DNA of 64,000 nt from Gemmatimonadales bacterium (GCA_035299765.1 DATGVZ010000066.1:8698-72697), one strand, 5' to 3'. Positions 27,077 through 36,322 are shown, numbered from the stretch's first letter. The notes: generated from the sequence alone by a model not told the origin. Made by a program: numbers and translations.

Positions 27077-27917
27077 ATGCCCAATATCGGCTCGTACCAC
27101 CCGATCATCGTCCATTTCGCGATCGCGCTCCTCGTCGTGGGCGTGATCTTCCGGTGGATCTCCCTCACCGGGCGCGTTGCTTTCGCCGGACCGGCGGCCG
27201 CGACCTTGATACTTGCCGGCACGGTTGCCGCACTCCTCGCCGTGCGTTCGGGGACTCGATGCGCACGGGCCGGTCGAGCGGATCCCCGGCGTCCGACAGG
27301 CAGTCATGGACCATGAGGACGCGGGCCACTGGGCACGCAACGTCTTCCTGGTCGTCGCGCTGTTGGAGATCGTGGCGCTCGTCGCCGCGAAGCGCAGCGT
27401 ACCAATGGCGCGCGTCGCGCTGTGGGGCTCTGCAGTCGTAGGCGTCTTCGGCGTGGCCGCCCTGATGAAAACGGCCGATCGCGGCGGCGATCTCGTGTAC
27501 AGCTATGCCGGCGGCGTGGGCACGCGATCAGGCGACACGGCGGACGTCAGCCGGCTCTATCTCGCCGGTTTGTATCAGGCGGCTCAGGCCGCGCGCGCGC
27601 GCCACGACAGCGCCCGAGCGGCTGAGCTGTTCAGGGAGCTCGAGCGCCGCAATCCGAACGATACGACCGTGCGGTTTCTGGCGATCGAATCGCTGGTGCA
27701 CGACAGGAACGATGGGCGAGCCGCGCTCGTCGCCCTGACTCGACTGACCGTCGCGCCCGACGATCGGCGGCTACGTTTGCGGTATGGTTTCCTGAAGGCG
27801 GACGCCTATGTCGCAACTGGAAAGCCTGACTCCGCGCGCGCTACGCTCGAGCAGCTCGCCCGCGATTTCCCCGACACGCAACAGCGCGTCAACGAGCGGC
27901 TAAAGAATGTTCACTGA
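27077..27917 (+). pseudogene. DUF2231-like membrane protein with TPR-like C-terminal domain, interrupted by a +1 frameshift in a G4 run
   Basis: Frame 1 (ATG 27077) gives MPNIGSYHPIIVHFAIALLVVG...LLAVRSG, then runs out of frame. The frame of ORF 27213..27917 continues with (L)DAHGPVERIPGVRQAVMDHEDAGHWARN... Removing one G from GGGG at 27250-27253 restores a continuous DUF2231-type sequence. Confidence 0.55.
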
Positions 27918-27934
27918 TCAATGATCATTGATCA
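27915..27934. repeat. Perfect 20-nt AT-rich palindrome spanning two convergent stop codons
   Basis: TGATCAATGATCATTGATCA is its own reverse complement. It contains the TGA of 27077..27917 and the complement of the TGA of 27932..28087. It shares TGATCATTG with the 27057-27065 repeat. Confidence 0.85.
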
Positions 27935-28087
27935 TTCGAACAGCCCAATTCTTTGGGCCACCCACCACGCAGCCACACCCCCGGCAATGAAGCCGAGCAC
28001 GCCGCCGAACGGTCCAAACAGCTTGCTGCCGAGCGCGCCGGCGACCGTTCCGACGACGAAACTGACAAGTGTCTTGAGAAGCTTCAT
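27932..28087 (-). CDS. Small glycine-zipper membrane protein (51 aa)
   Basis: MKLLKTLVSFVVGTVAGALGSKLFGPFGGVLGFIAGGVAAWWVAQRIGLFE. Its ATG overlaps the stop of the YggT gene (TGATG). The longer upstream part of ORF 27932..28267 is rejected. Confidence 0.6.
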   Translation of the reverse strand: MKLLKTLVSFVVGTVAGALGSKLFGPFGGVLGFIAGGVAAWWVAQRIGLFE

Positions 28088-28659
28088 CAGGACCTCAGGA
28101 TCGAGAGAAGGATCTGCCGCAACAACATGAGCGCCAGCCACGCCACGATCGGGCTCACGTCGAACGCGCCGAGTGCCGGTACGACGCGTCGAATCGGCTC
28201 GACGATCCAGTCGGTGAGGATGTACGCGGGCCGGATCCAGCGCGAATAGCGAAACATTCCGAACCACGCGGCAATCACGCGCACGATCAGCGCATACATC
28301 AGGATGCGGTAGAGAATCTCGATCAGCAACGCGAGCGTCGCGCGTGTACCGGAGTGCGCCGCGATGTTGACCGTCTGAAACGACCCCAAGAACCAGCCTA
28401 TCAACGACAACAGCACGATGCCGGCGATGGCCGCCAGCACAATGAGCCAGCCACCGGCGTGCGCCGGATTGCCACCCATGCGCACGAGTCGCCGTTCCAC
28501 GGGTCGGAGAACGGGATCGGTGACCGACCGCAGCCCGCGTCCCAGTGCGGTGAAGGGCGAGATGCGGCGAGTGCGCACGAGCCAGGAGCCCAGGGCGGCG
28601 AGTGCCGCGAGCGCGACGACGCCAAATACGACGTACCGCACGATCGCAAACGTGTTCAA
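28087..28659 (-). CDS. YggT family membrane protein (duplicated YGGT module)
   Basis: Two copies of the YggT pattern: ...TDPVLRPVERRL... and ...DWIVEPIRRVVPALGAFDVSPIVAWLALMLL. Confidence 0.8.
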   Translation of the reverse strand: MNTFAIVRYVVFGVVALAALAALGSWLVRTRRISPFTALGRGLRSVTDPVLRPVERRLVRMGGNPAHAGGWLIVLAAIAGIVLLSLIGWFLGSFQTVNIAAHSGTRATLALLIEILYRILMYALIVRVIAAWFGMFRYSRWIRPAYILTDWIVEPIRRVVPALGAFDVSPIVAWLALMLLRQILLSILRS

Positions 28660-28662
28660 CTG

Positions 28663-31600
28663 TTACGAGCCGTAGGCGGCTGAGACGATGCGCTCCTGCT
28701 CTGCCTTGTGGGCGGCGGGATAGCCTTCGGCGGGACTCGAGCGCTCCGGGCGCGACACATCGAGGAGCGCGACGGACTGCGGCAGCGCGTCGCGAATCTT
28801 CGGCAGCACGAACTTGCGCGCGCCCATGTTGCGCGGCTCTTCCTGCACCCAGACGACCTCTTTGAGATTCGGATAGCGGCGCGCGTATTCTCCGATCTCC
28901 GTGCCGGGGAAGGGATAGAGCAGCTCCAGCCGCCCGATTTTCACGTGTGGCGTCTCAGTGCGGCGTGGCGAAGCGATGATGTCGTAGTAAATCTTGCCGC
29001 TGCACAGCAGCAACCGCGTGACTTTCTCGGGCCACGTCCGGTCGCGATCCCAAAGCACAGTCCTGAACTGCCCCAATACGAGATCGTCGAGCTGCGACGA
29101 TGCGGCAGGCAACCGCAGCAAACTCTTGGGCGTCATCAGGACGAGCGGCCGGATCTCCGTGTGCCGCGCCTGCCGCCGCAGGAGATGGAAGTATTGCGCC
29201 GGCGTGGTGCAGTTCGCGACGCGAATGTTCCCTTCCGCGCCCAGCGCGAGAAACCGCTCGAGGCGCGCGCTCGAGTGCTCCGGGCCCTGCCCTTCGTAGC
29301 CGTGCGGCAGCAGCAGCGACAGCCGCGACGTCTCGCCCCACTTCGCCAACCCCGCGATCAAGAACTGATCGATGATGACTTCAGCGCCGTTCGCGAAGTC
29401 GCCGAACTGTGCCTCCCACAGCACCAGCGCATCCTGCGCTTCGACCGCATAGCCATACTCGAAGCCGAGGCAGGCGTATTCCGAGAGCGGGCTGTTGTGC
29501 AGCTCGAACGACGCCCGGCCGTCGGGCAGGTTCTGAATCGGCGTATGTCGCGCGCCGGTGTGCACGTCGTGGAGCACGAGATGTCGCTGACTGAACGTGC
29601 CGCGCTCGGTGTCCTGCCCGGTCAACCGGATCGGCGTTCCCTCGATCAGCAGCGAGGCGAACGCCAACGACTCCGCGTGGGCCCATTCGATCCCGTCTTT
29701 GGACATGAGCATGTCACGACGCCGCTCGAGCTGCTTCTGAAGCTTGGGATGCGTCGCGAAGCCGTCGGGCACCGCGAGCAGCTGCTCGTTGAGCCGTTTC
29801 AAGGTCTCGCCGTCGACGGCAGTGGCGGGCTCGGGCGCGCTCTCGCGCTGGATGCGCTGCGGCTCCTCGGCGCGTTGTCCTGACTTCACCGCCTGCTGCA
29901 CGGCCGCGAGCCGCTGATACGCGGCGTCCGCGTCCGCATCCGCTTGAGCGGCGGGGACGACGCCTTCCTGCGCGAGCTGCGCGGCGTACTTCTGACGGAC
30001 CGACGGGGTCTGCTTGATCCGTTCGTACATCATCGGCTGCGTGTAGGCCGGCTCATCGGCCTCGTTGTGACCGTACCGGCGATAGCCCACCAGGTCGATC
30101 ACGACGTCGCCATGGAATTTCTCGCGGTACATCATCGCGAGCCGCACAGCCGCGAGACACGCTTCCGGATCGTCGGCGTTCACGTGCACGATCGGCGCAT
30201 CGAAGCCTTTGGCGAGATCGCTCGAGTAATCGGTCGAACGGCCTTCACGGGGTTCCGTGGTGAAGCCGATCTGATTGTTGAGGATCAGATGGAAGGTGCC
30301 GCCGGTCGTGTAGCCGGGGAGGCGCGCGAGATTGAAGGTCTCGGCGACCACGCCCTGGCCCGCGAACGCGGCGTCGCCGTGCAGCAAGACCGGGAGCGCG
30401 ACGTTCACGTCGAGTTGCCCCGCCGCGCCGCTCCGATTCGTTTGGTTCGCGCGGGCCCGTCCCTCGACGACCGGATTCACCGATTCCAAATGGCTGGGAT
30501 TGGCCGACACCATCACGGCGATGTCCTTGCCGCTGGCCGTGTGGTACACCCCTTCAGCGCCGTGGTGATACTTCACATCACCGGTGCCGGCGTTCCACCC
30601 TTCCGATTCAGCCGTCTCCTCGCGGCGGCCTCCCTCGAACTCCGCGAGGATCGTTTCGTACGGAACGTTCACGACGTGCGCCAGCACGTTGAGCCGCCCC
30701 CGGTGCGCCATACCGATGGTCGCCTGGCGCGTACCGTGCGCCGCGGCGAGCTCGAGCGTGAAATCGATCATCGGCACCGTCATGTCGAGCCCTTCGATCG
30801 AGAAGCGCTTCTGGCCGAGGTAGGCCTTGTGCAGGAAGCGCTCGAGCGTGTCGACCGCGGTCAGCCGCGCCAGCAGCTGCTTCTTTCCATCGGCTGAGAG
30901 CGGGCGCCGATGCTGGCCCGATTCGATCACTTGCCTGAGCCACAGGCGCTCCTCGTGACTCCCGATGTGCTCGACCTCATAGGCGATCGTGCCGCAGTAG
31001 GTCGCCTGGAGGTACGGCAGCGCCTCCGCGAGTGTCTTGCCCGGCACATAGATGCGGAGCACGTCGGCGGGAATTCGCGCCATGATCTCCGGCGTGAGTC
31101 CCAACCGGCCGATGTCGAGGGACGGATCGCCGGGCGGCTCGCTGCCGAGGGGATCGAGATGGGCGGCGAGGTGGCCGAAGTTCCTATGGGCTCGGACGAG
31201 CGCATAGGCTGCAGCTACATCTTTGAGATCCTCGACACTCACCGACTCCGGTTGGGGAGGGGGGACGGCGGAAGGGGGAAGGGTACTGCGCAGAGGTGCA
31301 GCAGTCGCAGGAGGCGCCGTATACCCTTCCCCCTTCCCGCTTCCCCCTTCCCCTTTCGCCAGGCTCTCCGCCACCCCCTCGTAAAACCGCTCCTCGCCCT
31401 GCAAGAGCGAATCGAGAGTTCGCAGAAACATCCCCGACTCCGCGCCCTGAATGATCCGGTGATCGTACGTGCTCGTGATTGTGATGATCTTCGTGCCCCC
31501 CCCGGTGATCTCGCGGATGGTGCCGGTCGCGATGATCGAGCCTTGGCCCTTCATGAGGCGCGGCACCGACGCGACGGTGCCCAACGTACCGGGATTCGTC

Positions 31601-32310
31601 AGCTGAATCGTTCCACCAGCGAAGTCGTCGGGCAGGAGCCGGTTGCTGCGCGCCTTCTCGACGAGCATTTCGTACGCCGCGTGGAACGCCGCGAAGTCCA
31701 TCGACTCGGCGTGCTTGATCACGGGTACGAGAAGCGCCCGGCTGCCGTCCTTCTTCTCGACGTCCACGGCGAGGCCGAGTCCGATGGCGCCCGGGTCGAC
31801 GCGATGGGGTTTGCCGTCGATTTCCTGGAACGCGTGCGTCATGACGGGGAACCGCTTCGCCGCCTGCACGATCGCGTAGCCGATCAGGTGTGTGAACGAG
31901 ATCTTCTTACCGCTTGCCGCGAGCTGGGTATTGAGCGCTTTGCGACGCGCGTCGAGGTTCGTTGCCGGGATGTCGCGGAAGGAGGTCGCCGTTGGGACCG
32001 TTAGCGACTCGGTCATGTTGGCAACGAGCCGGGCGGCGGGGCCGGTGATCGGAGTCGCGCCGCGAGGAAGAGAGACGGGGGAAGGGGGAAGGGTACTGCG
32101 TGGCGCGGCGACTTCCCCTTCCCCCTTCCCGCTTCCCTCTTCCCGAGGAGTTGCGGACCGATCTGCGGGAATGACTGGGAGCTCCGCGAGCTTCCCGTTA
32201 TCGAATAATTCCCGCCACTCGGGGCCGACAGACGACGGATCGCGGAGGTAGTCCTCGTACATCGCCTGGACGAAGGCGGCGTTGTGGGTGCCGAAGACGA
32301 ATTCGCTCAC
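28663..32310 (-). CDS. kgd: Multifunctional 2-oxoglutarate dehydrogenase E1 fused to an E2-like succinyltransferase domain (Kgd/OdhA type)
   Basis: About 1215 aa. The N-terminal third carries an acyltransferase catalytic domain (...SFTHLIGYAIVQA...TSTYDHRIIQGAESG). The remainder is E1o (...GMAHRGRLNVL..., ...LHGDAAFAGQGVV..., ...WEAQFGDFANGAQ-like). Start set at GTG 32310 (VSEFVFGTHNAAFVQAMYEDYLRDP). Confidence 0.9.
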   Translation of the reverse strand: MSEFVFGTHNAAFVQAMYEDYLRDPSSVGPEWRELFDNGKLAELPVIPADRSATPREEGSGKGEGEVAAPRSTLPPSPVSLPRGATPITGPAARLVANMTESLTVPTATSFRDIPATNLDARRKALNTQLAASGKKISFTHLIGYAIVQAAKRFPVMTHAFQEIDGKPHRVDPGAIGLGLAVDVEKKDGSRALLVPVIKHAESMDFAAFHAAYEMLVEKARSNRLLPDDFAGGTIQLTNPGTLGTVASVPRLMKGQGSIIATGTIREITGGGTKIITITSTYDHRIIQGAESGMFLRTLDSLLQGEERFYEGVAESLAKGEGGSGKGEGYTAPPATAAPLRSTLPPSAVPPPQPESVSVEDLKDVAAAYALVRAHRNFGHLAAHLDPLGSEPPGDPSLDIGRLGLTPEIMARIPADVLRIYVPGKTLAEALPYLQATYCGTIAYEVEHIGSHEERLWLRQVIESGQHRRPLSADGKKQLLARLTAVDTLERFLHKAYLGQKRFSIEGLDMTVPMIDFTLELAAAHGTRQATIGMAHRGRLNVLAHVVNVPYETILAEFEGGRREETAESEGWNAGTGDVKYHHGAEGVYHTASGKDIAVMVSANPSHLESVNPVVEGRARANQTNRSGAAGQLDVNVALPVLLHGDAAFAGQGVVAETFNLARLPGYTTGGTFHLILNNQIGFTTEPREGRSTDYSSDLAKGFDAPIVHVNADDPEACLAAVRLAMMYREKFHGDVVIDLVGYRRYGHNEADEPAYTQPMMYERIKQTPSVRQKYAAQLAQEGVVPAAQADADADAAYQRLAAVQQAVKSGQRAEEPQRIQRESAPEPATAVDGETLKRLNEQLLAVPDGFATHPKLQKQLERRRDMLMSKDGIEWAHAESLAFASLLIEGTPIRLTGQDTERGTFSQRHLVLHDVHTGARHTPIQNLPDGRASFELHNSPLSEYACLGFEYGYAVEAQDALVLWEAQFGDFANGAEVIIDQFLIAGLAKWGETSRLSLLLPHGYEGQGPEHSSARLERFLALGAEGNIRVANCTTPAQYFHLLRRQARHTEIRPLVLMTPKSLLRLPAASSQLDDLVLGQFRTVLWDRDRTWPEKVTRLLLCSGKIYYDIIASPRRTETPHVKIGRLELLYPFPGTEIGEYARRYPNLKEVVWVQEEPRNMGARKFVLPKIRDALPQSVALLDVSRPERSSPAEGYPAAHKAEQERIVSAAYGS
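31268..31354. repeat. G/A-rich hairpin repeat, copy A, in frame inside kgd (linker after the E2-like domain)
   Basis: GGAAGGGGGAAGGGTA (31270-85) and TACCCTTCCCCCTTCC (31322-37) are exact reverse complements. It shares a 21-nt left core and a 22-nt right core with copy B. It is translated as ...KGEGGSGKGEGYTAPPATAAPLRSTLPPSAVPP... Confidence 0.85.
32077..32144. repeat. G/A-rich hairpin repeat, copy B, in frame inside kgd (N-terminal linker)
   Basis: It contains GGAAGGGGGAAGGGTACTGCG and CCCTTCCCCCTTCCCGCTTCCC, both identical to copy A, with a shorter spacer. It is translated as ...EEGSGKGEGEVAAPRSTLPPSPVS... Confidence 0.85.
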
Positions 32311-32345
32311 GGGTTGGAATCTATAGGGTATCTTATTTCGCAAGT

Positions 32346-33254
32346 ATGCCGCTGCTCACACTCTCACTCTTGCTGATTGCGACTCAAGTATCTGATAGCA
32401 CGCTGCGAATGCGCGTGGCTGCGCGGATTGCCAAGGTGCCGGCGCGCGCAGTCGGCGTATACTATCGCGACCTCGCGGGCCGCGACTCGCTAACCGTGGG
32501 CTCAGCAGTGCGGTTCCACGCCGCGAGCACGATGAAAGTACCGGTCATGATCCAGCTGTTCCGCGACCGCGACGCGGGACTCCTGTCGCTCGACGACTCG
32601 CTCACCGTCACCAACACCTTTCGCTCGATCGTCGACAGCTCGCCATACCAACTCGATTTGACGGACGACTCCGATTCCTCACTGTACCAGCGCGTCGGGC
32701 AGCGGATCTCGATTCGCGCGCTCATCGAGCTGATGGAAACGGTGTCGAGCAATCTCGCGACGAACCTGCTCATCACACGCGTCGGCCCGCCGCGCGCCAA
32801 CGCCACCGCCCATGCGCTGGGAGCCGATTCCATCCTGGTGCTGCGCGGCGTCGAAGACGGCAAGGCGTATCGTGCCGGCCTGAACAACACGACCACGGCG
32901 CGCGATCTGGGTGTGCTACTGGCGGCGATCGCGGAGAACCGGGCGGCGTCTGCCACATCATGTCGCGAGATGCTCGCCATCCTCGGCCGGCAACAGTTCA
33001 AGGAGGGAATTCCGGCGGGGCTGCCGGCGGGAACGCGCGTCTATCACAAGACGGGATGGATCGACCAGGTTGTCTATCACGACGCGGCGCTGGTCGAGCC
33101 CGCGGGGGGCGGGGGCCGCTACGTGTTGGTGGTGCTGACCGGCGGCATTCCGAAGAGCGACGATGCCTACGCGCTGGTGCGCGATCTGTCACGCATCGTC
33201 TACGAATCGCGGACGCGGGATCAATCGACCGGAAGGACGGGAGGAAAGCAATGA
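32346..33254 (+). CDS. Class A beta-lactamase-related serine hydrolase
   Basis: S-x-x-K (ASTMK), S-x-N (VSSNLATN) and KTG (YHKTGW) motifs occur in the right order and spacing. Confidence 0.8.
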   Translation: MPLLTLSLLLIATQVSDSTLRMRVAARIAKVPARAVGVYYRDLAGRDSLTVGSAVRFHAASTMKVPVMIQLFRDRDAGLLSLDDSLTVTNTFRSIVDSSPYQLDLTDDSDSSLYQRVGQRISIRALIELMETVSSNLATNLLITRVGPPRANATAHALGADSILVLRGVEDGKAYRAGLNNTTTARDLGVLLAAIAENRAASATSCREMLAILGRQQFKEGIPAGLPAGTRVYHKTGWIDQVVYHDAALVEPAGGGGRYVLVVLTGGIPKSDDAYALVRDLSRIVYESRTRDQSTGRTGGKQ

Positions 33255-33646
33255 AGCTGATCACCACCATCGTGCGACCGGAGCGCCTGCCCGAGGTGAA
33301 GGCGGCGCTGTTTCGCGCCGGCATCACGGGCATCACGTTGAGCCGGGTGAGCGGGCACGGCGGCGAGCACGAGATCGTGAGCCAATATCGCGGCACCACG
33401 CTCGTCATGGAGTTCCACGAGAAGGTCAAGATCGAAATGGTCTGCTCGGAGCCGTTCGTGCAGCCCTGCATCGATGCGATTCTCTCGTCCGCGCGCACCG
33501 GGGAAGTGGGCGACGGCAAGATCTTCGTGCAGCCGATCGAGCGCGTGATTCGCATTCGTACCGGCGAACAGAACAATGAGGCGCTCACGGCCGTGAACGC
33601 CGATGAGGTGCAGCAGGCGGCGTTGCGCGCCGCCGACACAGAATGA
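33251..33646 (+). CDS. glnK: Nitrogen regulatory protein P-II (GlnK-type) with about 19-aa C-terminal extension
   Basis: ATG 33251 (ATGA overlap with the upstream stop). MKLITTIVRPERLPEVKAALFRAGITGITLSRVSGHGG...YRG...GDGKIFVQPIERVIRIRTGE. It lies directly upstream of amt. Confidence 0.9.
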   Translation: MKLITTIVRPERLPEVKAALFRAGITGITLSRVSGHGGEHEIVSQYRGTTLVMEFHEKVKIEMVCSEPFVQPCIDAILSSARTGEVGDGKIFVQPIERVIRIRTGEQNNEALTAVNADEVQQAALRAADTE

Positions 33647-34986
33647 CCCAAACGCCGGCGATTTCCGCCGGCGATACCGCGTGGGTGCTCGCCTCGAGCG
33701 CCCTGGTTCTGCTGATGACGGTCGGGCTCGCCTGTTTCTACAGCGGGCTCGTTCGTTCCAAGAATTCCCTCAACACGATGATGATGAGCATCGTCGCCAT
33801 GGGCGTGATCGGCGTGCAGTGGGTGCTGATCGGCTATTCGCTCGCGTTCGCGCCGGGATCGGGATGGCTGGGCGGGCTCGCGTGGGTCGCGCTGCGCGGC
33901 GTCGGCGCCGAACCGAATCCGGCATACGCGGCCACGATTCCGCAGCAGGCACACGCGGTCTATCAGGCCATGTTCGCCGTCATCACGCCCGCGCTGATCT
34001 CCGGCGCCATCGTCGAGCGGATGCGGTTCCGCGCGTACCTCGCATTTCTCGTGCTCTGGTCGACGTTCGTGTACGCTCCGTTGGCCCATTGGGTCTGGGG
34101 CGCCGGTGGCTGGCTGCAGAAGATGGGCGCGCTCGATTTCGCGGGAGGGACGGTGGTGCACGTGAGCGCCGGCGTATCGGCGCTCGTCGCCGCCTGGTTC
34201 CTCGGACCGCGGCGCGACTACCGCAGAGTGCCGATATCGCCGCACAACGTGCCGCTGGTCCTCATCGGCGCGGGGTTGTTGTGGTTCGGCTGGTTCGGTT
34301 TCAACGCCGGCTCGGCGCTGGCGGCCAACGGACTCGCGGCGCTGGCATTCGTGAACACGAACGCGGCGGCCGCCGCTGCGGTGCTGACCTGGGCGGTCCT
34401 CGATTCAACCCGGACTGGGAAGATCACCGCTGTCGGCGCTGCGACGGGTGCGGTCGTGGGATTGGTGGGAATCACGCCAGCCGCTGGTTACGTGACGCCA
34501 CCGGCATCGCTTGCCATCGGCGTGATCTGCGTGCTGATCAGCTACTTCGCGATGCAGCGCCGCTCGAGAAGCCGGCTCGATGATTCACTCGACGTGTTTT
34601 CCTGCCACGGTCTGGCCGGCATTGCCGGCGCATTGCTGACGGGCGTCTTTGCGACGAAGCTCGCGAATCCGGGCGCGGCGAACGGCCTGTTCTATGGAAA
34701 CCCGGGGCAGATGCTCGTGCAGCTGTATGCGGTCTTAGCGGCGGTAATCATTGCGGCGGTCGGCACCGTCGTGATTCTCGCGATCGTCCGCGCCACACTG
34801 GGTACACGCGCCAGGATCGCGGACGAGATGCTGGGGCTCGATCTCAGTGAACATGGCGAGGAAGCGTATTTCGGCGGCGAGGCGGCGCTGGGTGGGAGTG
34901 CGTTGGCGCAGAGCGTGATCGTCGCGGAGGACCCGGGTCCCCCGGAGCCTGAACGGCGGGGGGGGGGCGCTGCAAAGAAGCGCTAG
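33643..34986 (+). CDS. amtB: Ammonium transporter (Amt family)
   Basis: 447 aa, polytopic, with ...DFAGGTVVHVSAGVSALV... and ...CHGLAGIAGALLTGVFA... (conserved twin-His contexts). Confidence 0.9.
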   Translation: MTQTPAISAGDTAWVLASSALVLLMTVGLACFYSGLVRSKNSLNTMMMSIVAMGVIGVQWVLIGYSLAFAPGSGWLGGLAWVALRGVGAEPNPAYAATIPQQAHAVYQAMFAVITPALISGAIVERMRFRAYLAFLVLWSTFVYAPLAHWVWGAGGWLQKMGALDFAGGTVVHVSAGVSALVAAWFLGPRRDYRRVPISPHNVPLVLIGAGLLWFGWFGFNAGSALAANGLAALAFVNTNAAAAAAVLTWAVLDSTRTGKITAVGAATGAVVGLVGITPAAGYVTPPASLAIGVICVLISYFAMQRRSRSRLDDSLDVFSCHGLAGIAGALLTGVFATKLANPGAANGLFYGNPGQMLVQLYAVLAAVIIAAVGTVVILAIVRATLGTRARIADEMLGLDLSEHGEEAYFGGEAALGGSALAQSVIVAEDPGPPEPERRGGGAAKKR

Positions 34987-36281
34987 CTGACGCGCCGGGT
35001 CTTCCTTCTCATGAAGTCCATCAAAATGAACTGGCCCAGCGTCATCGTGTTCGTGAAATAGGCTTTCCCCCGGCAGATCGCGGACACCTTCTTCACGAAC
35101 TCGACCAGGCTGCGGTCGCGCGCGAGCATGAACGTGTTGATCAGGATGCCGCTCCGGCGGCACAGCGCGACTTCGCGGTAGGTCGCCTGGAGGATGTGCG
35201 GGTCCAGGCCCATCGAGTTCACATAGATCCGCCCGTCGGGCTGGGTCAGCGCCGATGGCTTCCCATCGGTGATCATGATGATCTGCCGCATGTCCTTGCG
35301 CTGCCCCATCAGAATGCGTCGCGCCAGTTTCAGCCCTTCCGTCGTGTTCGTGTGATACGGCCCCACCTGCGCGTGCGCCAACTGGCCGATCGGAATCTCC
35401 TCGGCGGTGTCATGGAAGAGCACGACGCGCAGTGTGTCACCGGGGAACTGCGTGCGAATCAGGTGCGTGAGCGCGAGCGCGACCTTTTTCGCCGGTGTGA
35501 AGCGATCCTCGCCGTACAGAATCATCGAGTGCGAGCAGTCGAGCATCAGCACCGTCGCGGAAGACGAGCGGTATTCCGCCTGATACACCATCAAATCGTC
35601 GTACTCGAGATTGATCGGGACACCCAGGCCTTCGCGCTTCAAGGCGTGCGATAGCGTCGCATTGACGTCGAGGTTCAGCGTGTCGCCGTACTCGTAACGC
35701 TTACTCGCCGCTTCGGCCTCGACGCCGGTTGCCAGGTGCTCCGTCTCGTGCGCGCCGAAGCTCGATTTGCCGATGCTCCCCAACAAATGCTTCAGGGTTC
35801 GATAGCCAAGAAAATCGATGCCTTTGTCGGTGAGGTTGAACTGGACCTGCTGCGCGGCTTCCTTGGCCATGCCGCCGGGGCCGAGCACCGGCTGCTGCGC
35901 GCCGGGCATCTTCGGGGCCTGCTGCAGATTCAGATATCCCTCTTCAATCAGCTTCTGCACGATCTGATCGAGCAGCTCGGCGAGCTGTTTCTGCAGCTCC
36001 GCGTCTTTCTGCGCGTCGCCGGTCGAGTCGCCGCGCAGGACATTGAGCATGTCCTGCGTGAGCTGGCCCGAGTCCATGAGCGCTTGGAGAATCGCCTGGC
36101 GGAGGGCGTCGAGTGAGCGGTCGGGATCTTCCTCGCCGAACTCGCCCCAGAACGGATGCGAGTACGGGCCGCCGGCGAACCCGGATTGCAACAGGAAGTC
36201 CGCGAGCTGATCGAGCAGCGCCTGGAGGTTGAGCGTCTCGAGCAGACCGGGGACGTAGCGGCTGTAGGTCGTGTATTTCAT
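34983..36281 (-). CDS. vWA domain-containing protein (CoxE/ChlD-like partner of a ChlI-like ATPase)
   Basis: ATG 36281 ([12 protein letters not shown]...). The C-terminal vWA fold has MIDAS-type [10 protein letters not shown] and ...[10 protein letters not shown]. Confidence 0.8.
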   Translation of the reverse strand: MKYTTYSRYVPGLLETLNLQALLDQLADFLLQSGFAGGPYSHPFWGEFGEEDPDRSLDALRQAILQALMDSGQLTQDMLNVLRGDSTGDAQKDAELQKQLAELLDQIVQKLIEEGYLNLQQAPKMPGAQQPVLGPGGMAKEAAQQVQFNLTDKGIDFLGYRTLKHLLGSIGKSSFGAHETEHLATGVEAEAASKRYEYGDTLNLDVNATLSHALKREGLGVPINLEYDDLMVYQAEYRSSSATVLMLDCSHSMILYGEDRFTPAKKVALALTHLIRTQFPGDTLRVVLFHDTAEEIPIGQLAHAQVGPYHTNTTEGLKLARRILMGQRKDMRQIIMITDGKPSALTQPDGRIYVNSMGLDPHILQATYREVALCRRSGILINTFMLARDRSLVEFVKKVSAICRGKAYFTNTMTLGQFILMDFMRRKTRRVS

Positions 36282-36322
36282 GTCTCTACCCACAATGTCA
36301 TGCGCTCGCGACCTTTCACGCA

